Below, piece by piece: positions 17,361 to 28,020 of a stretch of 64,000 nt of DNA (position 1 is its first letter; each line of letters opens with the position of its first letter). The position numbers and the translations under genes were made by a program. The DNA is taken from the NCBI GenBank assembly GCA_028275745.1, contig JAPWUB010000001.1:38950-102949 (forward strand), read 5' to 3'. A model generated the notes under the pieces. It searched no databases. It saw only the letters and a program-made list of their open reading frames with translations, and was not told the DNA's origin. This DNA is from Desulfurococcales archaeon. Its GTDB lineage: Archaea > Thermoproteota > Thermoprotei_A > Sulfolobales > Ignisphaeraceae.

Positions 17361-17564
17361 ATGGCTCGAAAGAGAAAAATCTTGATTCCGCAACCTAAAA
17401 GTAAGTTTGTTAGGGTAAGATGCAAGGTATGCGGTAATGAGCAGGTAATATTTGATCACGCAACCTTTCCTGTTAGATGCTTGGTTTGCGGTACTGTTCT
17501 CGTCAAGCCTACGGGAGGTAAAGCAGAACTTATTAATGCTGAGATAGTTAGGGTCTTAGGTTAA
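17361..17564 (+). CDS. rps27e: 30S ribosomal protein S27e
   Basis: [36 protein letters not shown]. Confidence 0.97.
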   Translation: MARKRKILIPQPKSKFVRVRCKVCGNEQVIFDHATFPVRCLVCGTVLVKPTGGKAELINAEIVRVLG

Positions 17565-17597
17565 GGAATCCCCACTTCACTATTTTATCAAAACTGG

Positions 17598-18425
17598 TTG
17601 AAAACTATGAGCATTCCATTCAGAAAACGTTCACCACCAGAAGTCGGAGAGCTTGTAGTTGCACGTGTGAAAAAAGTATTTGAATATGGTGCTTATGCAG
17701 AGCTCCTAGAATATGAAAATTTAGAGGCCTTTATTCCCTGGAGCGAAGTCACAACAAAATATGTGAAGGATATAAGGGATGTAATTAAGGAGAATCAGAT
17801 AGTTGTTGGAAAGGTAATAAGGGTTGAGAAGAAGCAGGGTAGGCTTGAGGTTGACATCTCATTAAAAAGAGTATTTGAAGGAGAGAAACGCATCAAGTTA
17901 CTTCGATGGAAGAGGCTGCAAAAAGCTCAAAAAATTGTTGAGCTTGTAGCTAAGAATATGGGAAGATCTATCGAAGAAGCCTATAAAAGTGTATGGGTAT
18001 TTTTAGAAAAATTCATAGATCCACTTTCAATCATTGAGGAAGCAGTCTTAAAAGGTTACCAAAAATTTGTTGAACTTGGAATTCCTGAGGAGTGGGCTAA
18101 AGCCCTATTTGAAGAAGCGAAAAAGCATATAACTATTAAAACCGTTAAAATTAGAGGAATAATCAAACTCGTTTCATACAAACCTGATGGCATTGAAAGA
18201 ATAAGGCATACATTATTGGAAATAAAGAATAAAATTTCTCAGGACAACGTCAAAGTCTCGTTATACACCATTGGTGCTCCAAGGTATAGAGTAGAGATTG
18301 AAGCATATGATTATAAAACAGCAGAAAAGGCTTTCAGCACCATTAATGAAGCATTAAAATCGTTAGCACAAAATATGGGTATAGATGTCGTAGAGTTTTC
18401 AAGAGAAGAAATTGAGCGAGGATAG
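17598..18425 (+). CDS. eif2a: translation initiation factor aIF2 alpha subunit
   Basis: S1 domain PEVGELVVA..YGAYAELLEY, DISLKRV, YTIGAPRY; alternative start ATG 17607. Confidence 0.96.
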   Translation: MKTMSIPFRKRSPPEVGELVVARVKKVFEYGAYAELLEYENLEAFIPWSEVTTKYVKDIRDVIKENQIVVGKVIRVEKKQGRLEVDISLKRVFEGEKRIKLLRWKRLQKAQKIVELVAKNMGRSIEEAYKSVWVFLEKFIDPLSIIEEAVLKGYQKFVELGIPEEWAKALFEEAKKHITIKTVKIRGIIKLVSYKPDGIERIRHTLLEIKNKISQDNVKVSLYTIGAPRYRVEIEAYDYKTAEKAFSTINEALKSLAQNMGIDVVEFSREEIERG

Positions 18426-18432
18426 CTATTAG

Positions 18433-18648
18433 ATGAAATGGAGAATTAGAAAATGTCCTCAATGTAATAGGTACACGCTTAGTGAAGTCTGTCCAAAATG
18501 CGGTGCAAAGACCATTGTTCCTCATCCACCTCGATTTTCACCTGAAGATAAATATGTAAAGTATAGGCTTTGCATTAAGTATCCAGATCTAATGGCTAAA
18601 TATGACCAGAGTTTATGTAGCCAATTTCGATCATTACAGGGCACCTAG
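18433..18648 (+). CDS. nop10: H/ACA RNP protein Nop10
   Basis: [32 protein letters not shown]. Confidence 0.96.
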   Translation: MKWRIRKCPQCNRYTLSEVCPKCGAKTIVPHPPRFSPEDKYVKYRLCIKYPDLMAKYDQSLCSQFRSLQGT

Positions 18649-18659
18649 AGCTTAATGTA

Positions 18660-19274
18660 TCAAAGCCAGTAAATGCCATTTGACGTTATGACGAACTTGA
18701 ATGTCTTTGCAATACTCGGCTTTACAAACTTTATTGCTCTGGTCCTATTGTTTAAGACATCAATTTCTATAATAATGTCAGACCAGAGCTCTAGGTATTC
18801 AAAACCTGATGGTAAAATTCTCCCTGAATCCTCGTCAAAGTATACCTGTGCAGATCCAAATATTATGATACCTCTCTTTGCCACTGTGTCCAATAACGTT
18901 AGCAGACCTGGAAACGCTATTGACTTCTTATCTCTACTCAATTCAACTCTATATAGATAGTTTAAGCTATCAATAATGATTATTGAAGGATTTAGAGACA
19001 AAGATTCTAAGATTAATGAAATTAAATGTTCTTGAGAAAGTGCGGTAGAGAAATAGACATTCTCTGCTTCTATATTTAGATTTGAAACTCTATTAATAAC
19101 CGTTGAGCCTTCTGTTGAAATGAAAATGATTGTGTTGTTATGTTGGGAGCATTTGATTAAGTTCAAAAGAAAATTTGTTTTACCGGAGCCTGCAATACCA
19201 TAAACAATAAACTTTGTATTATTACCCTTAAAAATTACTTCATCTAACTTAGGGTTACATGTAGTGAGCGGCAT
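18660..19274 (-). CDS. RecA-superfamily ATPase (RadB/aRadC-like paralog)
   Basis: Walker A GIAGSGKTN, FISTEG, Walker B IIIDSL..LYR, SAQVY; lacks the RadA N-terminal domain. Confidence 0.75.
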   Translation of the reverse strand: MPLTTCNPKLDEVIFKGNNTKFIVYGIAGSGKTNFLLNLIKCSQHNNTIIFISTEGSTVINRVSNLNIEAENVYFSTALSQEHLISLILESLSLNPSIIIIDSLNYLYRVELSRDKKSIAFPGLLTLLDTVAKRGIIIFGSAQVYFDEDSGRILPSGFEYLELWSDIIIEIDVLNNRTRAIKFVKPSIAKTFKFVITSNGIYWL

Positions 19275-19318
19275 TTCAACCCTTGCATCTTTCTACAGTA
19301 ATATAAGTTTCTGTTTGT

Positions 19319-20038
19319 TTATGTGGTGTAAATGTACTTTCCATTTATGATCTTTAACGTTCCTTTCTTTACAAGAATCTCTAAAGCTTTGTTGAAGTAT
19401 TTATTCAGCCCCTCTATGTTTATTCCATACCACTCCACGAACGCCTCCTTTAACTCATCTAAAGTCCAAGTATTCTTCCCTTTTTCGCTATATTCTGTAA
19501 CTATAATTCTTTTTAAGAACTGTGTTATATCTTCAAGTCGTGTCCATGGATATTGGAACCATACCCACTCCTTAACCTCAATATAGTAGTAATCAGGTTT
19601 TATTTTTGCTACAGGCGAGATCCATTGCAATGTAGCTACGCGCAGTTCTTTGGGCTTCCAATTTCTGGTTATGTATTCTTTTGCAAGTATCACAGACTCG
19701 CCAGTATCAATAATATCGTCCACTAGTAATGCTCTCATATTTTCAAGGTTGATGGTGTATTCAAACTTTATAATAGCTTTCTCACCCTTCTTTGCAGCCT
19801 CGGTCCAATGCTGTGATTGTATTGAGACCAGGTTTTCAACTCCTAAGAAGTCACACAATAACCTTGCAGGCACATAGCCTCCTCGAGCAATAGCTATTAT
19901 AATGTCCGGCATATATCCGCTTTCTTCAATTTTCTTTGCCAATCCCCAACTCCACTCTACAATTTCATCCCAACTAACTAATTTTACAGGAACTCTAGGC
20001 ATTAATCTCAACCAAATTCTTGAGAAATTGTACGGCAT
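19319..20038 (-). CDS. purine phosphoribosyltransferase family protein
   Basis: IIAIARGGYVPARLL, PRPP motif LLVDDIIDTGES, WFQYPW; extra C-terminal wHTH-like segment; true start probably MPRVPVK. Confidence 0.88.
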   Translation of the reverse strand: MPYNFSRIWLRLMPRVPVKLVSWDEIVEWSWGLAKKIEESGYMPDIIIAIARGGYVPARLLCDFLGVENLVSIQSQHWTEAAKKGEKAIIKFEYTINLENMRALLVDDIIDTGESVILAKEYITRNWKPKELRVATLQWISPVAKIKPDYYYIEVKEWVWFQYPWTRLEDITQFLKRIIVTEYSEKGKNTWTLDELKEAFVEWYGINIEGLNKYFNKALEILVKKGTLKIINGKYIYTT

Positions 20039-20160
20039 TTTAAATCTTGCTACCCTTTCCTTTATTTGAATTATTTACAAAAGTAGGAAGTAGAATTACA
20101 AGTTCCATGCAATGATTCGGTAATAAGTAAATAATGCTGTAAACCTACTATGTTAGGTAA

Positions 20161-20239
20161 GGCCCCCGTGCGCCGACCCGTACAAAAGGATGAACCGTTA
20201 GGGGAATATGTGTACGGGGTCTCTGCGGGGGCTACAAAA
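20161..20239 (+). ncRNA. H/ACA-type pseudouridylation guide RNA (single hairpin)
   Basis: GC island in AT-rich intergenic DNA; lower stem GGCCCCCGTG/TGCGGGGGCT, internal loop, upper stem GACCCGTACA/TGTACGGGGTC, apical K-turn-like GGATGA...GGA, ACA at 20234-20236 right after the stem. Confidence 0.72.
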
Positions 20240-20327
20240 TAACAGAGCTTTTATCTTGCACCCAGGTGATATAGTAAATAGTAAGAACATGGGTTATTAG
20301 GATGATGTAGATATAACGTACATGTTT

Positions 20328-21773
20328 TCATCCTTTAATTACTGCTATTGGAATCAGTCTCACTACAGGTCTCACAATTTGTGCCCTTGTAGCAACCTCA
20401 ACCACTTTATCCACATCTTTATAGGCTTCTGGCGCTTCTTCAGATAATTCACGTACTGTTGCAGCTCTTACTATAACACCTTTTCTTTGAAGTTCTTCTA
20501 TAACTTCATGTGGTGACTTAGATCTTATTGCAGCTGCTCTACTCATCCATCTTCCAGCTCCATGTGGTGCGGACCACCAAGGTTCTTTAGCTCTTGGACC
20601 CGGTATTGTAATGTAGCTTGCAGTACCCATACTACCTGGAATCAACACTATTTGACCGAATGGTCTATGATCGGCAGGTATTTCTGGGTGCTCTGGTGGG
20701 AACGCCCTTGTGGCACCCTTTCTATGGACTATAAGCTTTACCCTCTTGTTCTCGTACTCATGTTCTTCAACCTTTGCAATATTGTGAGCAACATCATAAA
20801 TTTGCTTTATTCCAAGCTTCTCTGGATCTGAACCAAATACCTTTGCAAATGATTCTCGGGCCCAATGCGTTATTAGTTGCCTATTAGCCCATGCATAGTT
20901 GGCTGCGGCTGCCATAGCGGCAAAGTAATCTTGCCCTTCTCTACTGTTGAATGGTACAGCAGCTAGTTCTCTATCCGGTACATCAATTCCATATTTTCTC
21001 ATCGCCCTCTCCATAACCATAAGATAATCGCTTGCTACCTGATGACCAAGCCCCCTAGAACCCGTATGAACCATTATGGTTATTTGGCCCTCCTCGTAGA
21101 TCCCTATCTTCTTTGCGATTTCCGGCATATAGATCTTATCTACCACCTGAATCTCTAGGAAATGGTTTCCACTACCTAAAGTTCCTAGCTGTGGTGCGCC
21201 TCTCTCTTTTGCCCTTTTACTAACTTTTGAAGCGTCTGCCCAATCCAGCTTACCTTTAGACTCGGTATGCTCTATATCATGCTCTGTTGCGTAACCTTGC
21301 CTTAAAGCCCATTGGGCCCCCTCTTCTAGTACATCATCAAGTTCACGCTCAGTTAGCCTAATCTTACCAGAAGCTCCAACACCGCTTGGAATGTTTCTGA
21401 ATAGTACATCAACAAGTTCCTTAAGTTTAGGCTTCACATCCTTTACACTCAGATCAGTTCGTAAAACCCTAACACCACAGTTAATGTCGTAACCTACACC
21501 ACCCGGACTTATGACTCCATTCTCAACTTCAAATCCTGCGACACCGCCTATTGGGAACCCATAGCCTTGGTGCCCATCCGGCAATGTATAGCTTGCTGAT
21601 GCAATACCTGGCAGGCATGCTACATTAGCTGCCTGTTCTAAAGTTGCATCCTCTCTCATTTTATTCAACAGAAATTCATCAGCGTAAATTATAGCATTTA
21701 CCTTCATGCACTTCTTGTACTCCTTTGGTATAATCCATATAACATCCTCAACTCTCTTTATTAACGTAACCAT
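20328..21773 (-). CDS. rtcB: RNA-splicing ligase RtcB
   Basis: LPDGHQGYGFPIGGV, GVGYDINCGVR, QLGTLGSGNHFLE, HTGSRG, HRKGATRA, PGSMG, SAPHGAGR, EEAPEAYK. Confidence 0.97.
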   Translation of the reverse strand: MVTLIKRVEDVIWIIPKEYKKCMKVNAIIYADEFLLNKMREDATLEQAANVACLPGIASASYTLPDGHQGYGFPIGGVAGFEVENGVISPGGVGYDINCGVRVLRTDLSVKDVKPKLKELVDVLFRNIPSGVGASGKIRLTERELDDVLEEGAQWALRQGYATEHDIEHTESKGKLDWADASKVSKRAKERGAPQLGTLGSGNHFLEIQVVDKIYMPEIAKKIGIYEEGQITIMVHTGSRGLGHQVASDYLMVMERAMRKYGIDVPDRELAAVPFNSREGQDYFAAMAAAANYAWANRQLITHWARESFAKVFGSDPEKLGIKQIYDVAHNIAKVEEHEYENKRVKLIVHRKGATRAFPPEHPEIPADHRPFGQIVLIPGSMGTASYITIPGPRAKEPWWSAPHGAGRWMSRAAAIRSKSPHEVIEELQRKGVIVRAATVRELSEEAPEAYKDVDKVVEVATRAQIVRPVVRLIPIAVIKG

Positions 21774-22033
21774 TTAAAGCCACACCATAATGCCATAAAT
21801 GTACATTACCTTACTCAACTAAATATTTATCCTGAGGTTAATAAGTTTGTGTTAAGTAAAAGTTTGGAGAACCAAGCTAGATGTTATTACTTTAGCTACA
21901 CATTTACTGTTTCATGTCTGTGCCTAGATAGCAAAAGCTTTTATTTCCTTAATGTAAGATTCGATATAAGTATCCTGTGACTTTAAGCAATCAGGTTAAC
22001 AAAGAACACTAATGCACTATGGTGTAATATCTG

Positions 22034-22516
22034 ATGGGGCATTGGCGTTACCCCCAAATACAAGGTCTCGATGAGAGCAAGGTTGCAAAAGCAGTGATTA
22101 GAGATGCTCCTATATCTTTCAAGGAAGCCTATGAGGTTTGCAAAGTGCTTCGCGGAATGAAGTTAAGCGAGGCAGAAGAGCTACTTAAGAAGGTTATCGA
22201 GCTAAAGGAGCCTATTCCTTATGTTAGGTTCAAGAGGAATATTGCACATAAGGCAGGCTTATCGACTAAATGGCCTCAGTGGAAAACAGCAAGTGGTAGG
22301 TATCCAGTAAAAGTAGCGAAGTACATACTTAAACTCCTTGAAAACGTAAAGAACAATGCAAGTGTTAAAGGGTTAAATGTTGAAAAGCTCAAAATCATTC
22401 ATATAGCTGCACATAGAAGCTATTACCTGAAAAAGTGGATGCCAAGGGCTTTTGGACGTGCCACACCATGGTTTAAGACTCATACAAGCGTTGAAGTTAT
22501 AGTGGCTGAGGTGTAG
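22034..22516 (+). CDS. rpl22: 50S ribosomal protein L22 (uL22)
   Basis: ISFKEAYEVCKVLRGM, GRYPVK, MPRAFGRATP. Confidence 0.97.
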   Translation: MGHWRYPQIQGLDESKVAKAVIRDAPISFKEAYEVCKVLRGMKLSEAEELLKKVIELKEPIPYVRFKRNIAHKAGLSTKWPQWKTASGRYPVKVAKYILKLLENVKNNASVKGLNVEKLKIIHIAAHRSYYLKKWMPRAFGRATPWFKTHTSVEVIVAEV

Positions 22517-22520
22517 ATTC

Positions 22521-23153
22521 ATGGTCAACATTAAGAAGCTATTCATTGAACAAGGAATAAAGAAGGCAGCAGTTGATGAGTACCTTGCAAGCAAGTTCTG
22601 GAGAGCTGGATACGCAGGAGTGGATCTAATTCGAACACCGCTAGGTACTAGGGTTATAATATACGCTTTAAGACCTGGCATTATTATTGGACGCAAAGGA
22701 CAGAATTTAAGAGTTTTGCAGGCAGTATTAGAGAAAATTTTCGGTATTGAGAATCCTCAAATAACTGTTGTTACAGTTGAGAATCCCGACCTTAATGCTA
22801 GGGTCGTAGCAGAGAACATAGCTCTGGCTTTAGAGAGAGGGGTGCATTTCAGGAGAGCAGCGTTTATTGCTCTTCGCAGAGTTATGGCAGCAGGTGCAGT
22901 GGGATGCGAAATTATTATCAGCGGCAAGCTTGTAGCTGAAAGAGCACGTTACGAGAAGCTTAAAGCTGGAAAAGTATACAAATCAGGCGAGCAAAGCCTA
23001 AGGCTTGTAGACAGAGCGGTGGCCCACGTCCTACTTAAGCCGGGTATGTATGGGGTTGAGGTACTAATAACTAAGCCTGGTACAACAGGAGACTACATAG
23101 AGATAGTTACACCTTCTACATCTTCAAGCCAAGTTACGGGTGGTAATACATGA
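22521..23153 (+). CDS. rps3: 30S ribosomal protein S3 (uS3)
   Basis: RAGYAGV, PGIIIGRKG, GCEIIISGKL..ERAR. Confidence 0.97.
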   Translation: MVNIKKLFIEQGIKKAAVDEYLASKFWRAGYAGVDLIRTPLGTRVIIYALRPGIIIGRKGQNLRVLQAVLEKIFGIENPQITVVTVENPDLNARVVAENIALALERGVHFRRAAFIALRRVMAAGAVGCEIIISGKLVAERARYEKLKAGKVYKSGEQSLRLVDRAVAHVLLKPGMYGVEVLITKPGTTGDYIEIVTPSTSSSQVTGGNT

Positions 23154-23362
23154 GTGACAGGGTACTTTCAGCAGATGAGATAAGGTCTATGAGTCCTGAG
23201 GAAAGAATGAAACTCTTAAATGAACTTAGGCTTGAGTTAGTTCGTTTACATACACAAGCAAGGATGGGTATACTAACTAACATTGCGAGGGTAAGGATTG
23301 TAAAAAAGAATATTGCAAGGATTCTAACTGTAATTAACGAAGAGAAGAAGGCTAAGAAGTAA
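23150..23362 (+). CDS. rpl29: 50S ribosomal protein L29 (uL29)
   Basis: EIRSMSPEER..LNELRLEL, KKNIARILTVINE. Confidence 0.96.
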   Translation: MSDRVLSADEIRSMSPEERMKLLNELRLELVRLHTQARMGILTNIARVRIVKKNIARILTVINEEKKAKK

Positions 23363-23679
23363 TGCCGAGAACTAAGGATAACATTCTATTTCATGAACTG
23401 ATAGGGCTAAAGGTTAAGATAGTATCGCATCTAGATCCTACATTAGTGAATAGAGAAGGAATTGTTGTAGACGAAACGATGTACATGCTGAAAGTTTTCG
23501 ACGATCAGAGGAAAAGAGTTATTATGGTACCAAAGCATGGAGGTATTTTCTCATTTGTATTGCCTGAGTCAGGAGAAGAGGTAATAATAAATGGAGCTCA
23601 AATAATTGGAAGACCTGAGGATAGGCTTAAAAAGATCAAGTTTATTAAGTTTAGAAAGAAAGTAAAGGTGAAGAGTTAG
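23362..23679 (+). CDS. rnp1: ribonuclease P protein component 1 (Rpp29)
   Basis: NILFHELIGLKV, EGIVVDET, VPK, IIGRPEDRLK. Confidence 0.95.
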   Translation: MPRTKDNILFHELIGLKVKIVSHLDPTLVNREGIVVDETMYMLKVFDDQRKRVIMVPKHGGIFSFVLPESGEEVIINGAQIIGRPEDRLKKIKFIKFRKKVKVKS

Positions 23680-23680
23680 A

Positions 23681-24058
23681 ATGTCTGCATCGTCTACTCA
23701 AGTTGAGCAAAAGCCGAAAACAAGAAACATAGGGATAGTGTATCCAGGGTTACAGCCACCAGAAAAGACCTGTAATGATAAAAAGTGTCCATGGCATGGC
23801 ATCGTTAGAGTTAGAGGAATAGTGCTAGTAGGTAAAGTTATAAAAGCAAGGATGCAAAATACTGTTGTTGTAGAGAGGGAGTATGTTGTATGGGTGAAAA
23901 AGTATAAGAGGTATGAAAGAAGAAGAAGTAGAATTCATGCTCATAATCCTCCATGTATAGCTGCAAAGGAAGGCGACATTGTGCTTATAGGTGAAACAAG
24001 ACCACTTGCTAAAAGTGTCGCTTTTGTTGTTTTAGGAGTGTTAAAGCGAGGTGGATAG
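23681..24058 (+). CDS. rps17: 30S ribosomal protein S17 (uS17)
   Basis: CNDKKCPWHG, KYKRYERRRSRIHAHNPPC, GETRPLAK. Confidence 0.97.
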   Translation: MSASSTQVEQKPKTRNIGIVYPGLQPPEKTCNDKKCPWHGIVRVRGIVLVGKVIKARMQNTVVVEREYVVWVKKYKRYERRRSRIHAHNPPCIAAKEGDIVLIGETRPLAKSVAFVVLGVLKRGG

Positions 24059-24070
24059 GGGTAGAGGAAC

Positions 24071-24496
24071 GTGGGTGTAAAGAGGGCTAAAACAGGAGCA
24101 GCATTACCTAGAAGAAGAAGAGTATCAGGAATTCAAGCTGGTACAAGGCTTGTAGTAGCAGATAATAGCGGAGCCAAGGAGGTAATGGTAATAGGTGTAA
24201 TAGGTGTAAAGACTAGATTAAGAAGGTTGCCTTTCGCCACAGTTGGAGATATGGTTGTAGTGACTGTAAAGAAGGGTAAGCCTGATCTAAAGGGTCAAAT
24301 ATTTAGAGCAATTATAATTAGGCAGAAGAAACCTTACAGGAGACCTGACGGCACTTGGATAGCGTTCGAAGATAATGCTTGTGTGCTTGTAAATCCTGAT
24401 GGAACGCCAAAAGGTAAAGAAATTAGAGGTCCTGTCGCTAAGGAAGCCATTGAGAGATGGCCTCAGATAGCTAACATGGCATCTATTGTTGTTTAA
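24071..24496 (+). CDS. rpl14: 50S ribosomal protein L14 (uL14)
   Basis: [32 protein letters not shown]. Confidence 0.98.
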   Translation: MGVKRAKTGAALPRRRRVSGIQAGTRLVVADNSGAKEVMVIGVIGVKTRLRRLPFATVGDMVVVTVKKGKPDLKGQIFRAIIIRQKKPYRRPDGTWIAFEDNACVLVNPDGTPKGKEIRGPVAKEAIERWPQIANMASIVV

Positions 24497-24508
24497 GGGT
24501 GAGAATGG

Positions 24509-24958
24509 TTGGAGCTCAAGTCTCGACAACCTAGGAAGCAGAGAAAGAAGTTCTTTAATCTACCACTTCACCTAAGATGGCGTTTACTAACAGCTCCACT
24601 TTCGAAAGAATTGAGAAAGGAGCTAGGAATAAAGAGGCTATTTGTTAGGAAAGGAGATGTTGTGAGAATAGTTAGAGGCGATTGGAAAGGCCACGAGGGA
24701 AAAGTTGTTGAAGTTGATTTGAAGCGTGGCAGGATATATGTTGAAGGTGTAACAATAAGAAAAGCTGATGGCACAGAGGTATTCTACCCTATACACCCGT
24801 CTAAAGTAATTATTGTAAAGCTCGGCGAAGTTGATGATGTTAGAAGGAAAATAATTGAAAGAAGACAGAAAGCTCGTGAGGAGCTAGTTAAACTCGGTAA
24901 AGCGAAGCCATTAAATGAAGAGCAAAAGAAACTTATTTCTCAATCTGTAACAACGTAG
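24509..24958 (+). CDS. rpl24: 50S ribosomal protein L24 (uL24)
   Basis: [24 protein letters not shown] motif, PIHPSKV. Confidence 0.97.
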   Translation: MELKSRQPRKQRKKFFNLPLHLRWRLLTAPLSKELRKELGIKRLFVRKGDVVRIVRGDWKGHEGKVVEVDLKRGRIYVEGVTIRKADGTEVFYPIHPSKVIIVKLGEVDDVRRKIIERRQKAREELVKLGKAKPLNEEQKKLISQSVTT

Positions 24959-24990
24959 GTCTAAACTGAGGTAGGGGGGTGAGCATAAAT

Positions 24991-25752
24991 ATGGCAAAAA
25001 TGGGCGGCTCAAGGCATTTAAAGAGATTAGCTGCACCGTGGTTCTGGCCTATTCTTAGAAAGGAGTATAAGTGGGTTGTCAAGCCTTCTCCTGGACCACA
25101 TCCATTGAACAAGTGTATACCTTTACTCATAGTTGTCAGGGATGTGCTTGGATATGCAAAAACAGCCAGAGAAGCTAAGTATATCATTAATAGTGGCAAG
25201 GTCCTGGTTGACGGTGTTGTTCGCAAAGATTATAAGTTTCCTGTTGGTATGATGGATGTAGTGTCAATACCCGAGGTAGACCTATATATTCGATTTGTGC
25301 CTTATCCGACTAAGTATCTATGGTTCATAAAGATACCAAAAGAAGAGGCAAACCTAAAGCTTGTTAGAATAGAGGATAAGACAGCAGTTAAAGGAGGTCA
25401 TATACAGCTTAATCTATCAGACGGTAGGAACATTGTGGTCAGAGTCAGCGATCCTTCAAAACCTTTAGAAGCCTCAGCTTATTCAACCTTTGATTCGCTA
25501 CTTATTGAGGTTCCATCACAGCGTATAATACAACATATAAAGATGGGTGTTGGAAAGCTTGCTATAGTTATTGATGGTAGGAATGTTGGGAGAATTGGTA
25601 AGATAGTAAACATTGATGTTAGACCTGGTGTAAAAAGAAGAAAAGCTGTTGTAACTTTAGAAGATATGAAAGGACATAAGTTCCAAACAATACTCGATTA
25701 CATTATGGTCATAGGAGAAGAAAAGCCAGTTATAAAGGTCTCTCCTGAGTAA
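24991..25752 (+). CDS. rps4e: 30S ribosomal protein S4e
   Basis: RHLKRLAAPWFW, PSPGPH, FPVGMMDV, IQLNLSDGRN; ATG 24991 after SD GGTGA. Confidence 0.97.
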   Translation: MAKMGGSRHLKRLAAPWFWPILRKEYKWVVKPSPGPHPLNKCIPLLIVVRDVLGYAKTAREAKYIINSGKVLVDGVVRKDYKFPVGMMDVVSIPEVDLYIRFVPYPTKYLWFIKIPKEEANLKLVRIEDKTAVKGGHIQLNLSDGRNIVVRVSDPSKPLEASAYSTFDSLLIEVPSQRIIQHIKMGVGKLAIVIDGRNVGRIGKIVNIDVRPGVKRRKAVVTLEDMKGHKFQTILDYIMVIGEEKPVIKVSPE

Positions 25753-25763
25753 AGGTGGGGTGC

Positions 25764-26402
25764 ATGTCTTTACAAACACAGTTAGTAGTAATTAAGAATG
25801 GAGCAATAACATTGTTGCAGATCCCTGAGTCATTCAGTAGCAGTATGCTTACTTCTGACACTGTTAACCAGATTCTAAAGGACTGGAAAGAGCACCCAAT
25901 GAGGGTTCCAGTAATACACAAGGTAACAGTAAATATTGCTGTAGGAGGGGCAAGTGAAAGATTGGAGAAAGCTGCAAAACTATTAGAGCAATTAACGGGG
26001 CAGAAGCCATCAATAAGAAGAGCAAGGAAAACTATAAAGGAGTTTGGCATAAGCAAGAAGCAACCTATAGCAGCTGTTGTCACGTTACGTGGTTCTAAGG
26101 CGCTTGAGTTCCTCAGAAAGGCTTTTCACGCTGTTAACTATACTCTTAAATTTAGCTCATTTGATGAATTTGGTAATGTTAGTTTTGGCATTAGGGAGCA
26201 TCTACTGCTACCAGGTGTGAGGTACGATCCAGAGATAGGGATATTTGGCATGGATGTTGCAATAACTATTGAGAGAAAGGGCTTTAGAGTTATTCGAAGA
26301 AGAGTTAAGAAAGCGCTGTCAATACCTCGTAGACATAGAGTCACAAGGGAAGAGAGTATACTACTTCTAGAGATTCTTTTCGGAGTGAAAGTAGTTAAAT
26401 AG
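25764..26402 (+). CDS. rpl5: 50S ribosomal protein L5 (uL5)
   Basis: HPMRVPVIHKVTVNI, LTGQKP, FDEFGNVSFGI, YDPEIGIFGMDV; start uncertain (N-terminal extension). Confidence 0.96.
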   Translation: MSLQTQLVVIKNGAITLLQIPESFSSSMLTSDTVNQILKDWKEHPMRVPVIHKVTVNIAVGGASERLEKAAKLLEQLTGQKPSIRRARKTIKEFGISKKQPIAAVVTLRGSKALEFLRKAFHAVNYTLKFSSFDEFGNVSFGIREHLLLPGVRYDPEIGIFGMDVAITIERKGFRVIRRRVKKALSIPRRHRVTREESILLLEILFGVKVVK

Positions 26403-26412
26403 GGGGTGATAT

Positions 26413-26577
26413 ATGGGCAAATATAGATTACCTGCTGAAAGAAAACATGGTCGTGGAGTGCAGGTGTGTAGAAGATGTGGCACTAGAGATGCTGTAATAC
26501 AAAAATATGGTTTATATCTCTGCAGACAATGTTTTAGAGAGCTAGCTATGTCTATGGGATTTAGGAAGTATAACTAG
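26413..26577 (+). CDS. rps14: 30S ribosomal protein S14 (uS14, Zn type)
   Basis: not in ORF track; translates MGKYRLPAERKHGRGVQVCRRCGTRDAVIQKYGLYLCRQCFRELAMSMGFRKYN; SD GGGGGTGA. Confidence 0.96.
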   Translation: MGKYRLPAERKHGRGVQVCRRCGTRDAVIQKYGLYLCRQCFRELAMSMGFRKYN

Positions 26578-26591
26578 GGTGATGCTATCAA

Positions 26592-26993
26592 ATGACACTA
26601 CTAGACCCCCTAGCTAATGCACTTGCAACCATAACAAATTGTGAAATGAGAAGAAAGAACGAGGCTGTATTATGGCCAGCATCAAAGCTATTAATAAATG
26701 TATTAAGGGTAATGCAGAGGTACGGCTATATAGGAGAGTTTGAATATATTGATGATGGCAGATGGGGTAAGATTGTTGTTCAACTGCTTGGCAGAATAAA
26801 TAAGGCCGGTGTCGTAAAGCCAAGGATTCCTGTGAAATACATGGATCTTCTCAGAATGCCTCACCACATAAGGAGGTACTTGCCATCAAAGGATATAGGA
26901 ATATTAATTATCTCAACAAACCAGGGTGTGTTATCACATCGTGAAGCAATAGAGAAACATTTAGGAGGCGTTCTAATAGCTTATGTGTACTAA
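26592..26993 (+). CDS. rps8: 30S ribosomal protein S8 (uS8)
   Basis: [43 protein letters not shown]. Confidence 0.98.
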   Translation: MTLLDPLANALATITNCEMRRKNEAVLWPASKLLINVLRVMQRYGYIGEFEYIDDGRWGKIVVQLLGRINKAGVVKPRIPVKYMDLLRMPHHIRRYLPSKDIGILIISTNQGVLSHREAIEKHLGGVLIAYVY

Positions 26994-27011
26994 GGAAAGT
27001 TGGGTGTGAGA

Positions 27012-27560
27012 ATGACCAAAGCTGTACATCTGATAGAAGAAATCACTATTCCAGAGAACGTGAAGGTTGAGGTTAACGGGAAGGTAGTCAAGGTTTCAGG
27101 ACCCAAAGGAGAGCTTGTTAGAAGCTTTGATTATGCAAAGGACATCGACATAAAAGTTGAAAATGGTAAGATAATTCTTGAAACATATTTCGCTGATAGG
27201 AAGAAGAAAGCATTATTTTACAGTATTATCGCTCACCTAAACAATATGATAATAGGTGTTACAAAAGGCTGGAGGTACAAGTTGAAAATAATAACCTCAC
27301 ACTTTCCAGTCACAGTTAAGGTTGTAGGAGGCGAAGTAGTAATAGAGAACTTCTTAGGCGAAAAAGCTCCTAGGAGGGCGAAGATTCTAGAAGGTGTTAA
27401 TGTAAAAGTTGAGGGCAAAGACGTAATTGTAGAGGGAATAGACATAGAGAAAGTTGCCCAAACAGCAGCAAATATAGAGCTTGCCACAAAAGTTAAAGAT
27501 AAAGATAGGAGGGTATTTGTTGACGGTATTTACATATATGAGAAGGGTGCGGCAGAATGA
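27012..27560 (+). CDS. rpl6: 50S ribosomal protein L6 (uL6)
   Basis: [35 protein letters not shown]. Confidence 0.97.
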   Translation: MTKAVHLIEEITIPENVKVEVNGKVVKVSGPKGELVRSFDYAKDIDIKVENGKIILETYFADRKKKALFYSIIAHLNNMIIGVTKGWRYKLKIITSHFPVTVKVVGGEVVIENFLGEKAPRRAKILEGVNVKVEGKDVIVEGIDIEKVAQTAANIELATKVKDKDRRVFVDGIYIYEKGAAE

Positions 27561-28006
27561 CAATGGAAGCTCGTGGTACTGAGGATATTAAGGCTCTAAT
27601 GCAGAAGCGAATGGAGGTCTTGAAAAAGTTACGTGAACGGCGAAAAATGTTGCAAAAACTGAGGATTAAAGCAAAGAAGCCAGAATTTCTACGCTGGCTA
27701 TGGTGGAAGTTTGCAAAGTTTGAGAATAACTTGAAATGGAAGAGGCCTAGAGGAAAGGACAATCCTGTAAGGCTCGCTCTAAAGGGTTACCCACCAAAAG
27801 CATCAATAGGTTATGGAACACCTGAAGAGCTAAAGAATCTGCATCCAACAGGTTTGTTGCCTGTTATTGTTAGGAATACCAAAGAATTGGAAAGGCTGGA
27901 TCCGACAAAGCATATAATATACATAGCATCTGAGGTAGGCTTAAAAAAGAAACTTGAGATATTACGGACAGCTAAGTCTAAAGGGTTTAGAGTAGCAAAT
28001 GCATAA
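27557..28006 (+). CDS. rpl32e: 50S ribosomal protein L32e
   Basis: [28 protein letters not shown]. Confidence 0.96.
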   Translation: MTMEARGTEDIKALMQKRMEVLKKLRERRKMLQKLRIKAKKPEFLRWLWWKFAKFENNLKWKRPRGKDNPVRLALKGYPPKASIGYGTPEELKNLHPTGLLPVIVRNTKELERLDPTKHIIYIASEVGLKKKLEILRTAKSKGFRVANA

Positions 28007-28020
28007 AGGGTGTTGCTAAA

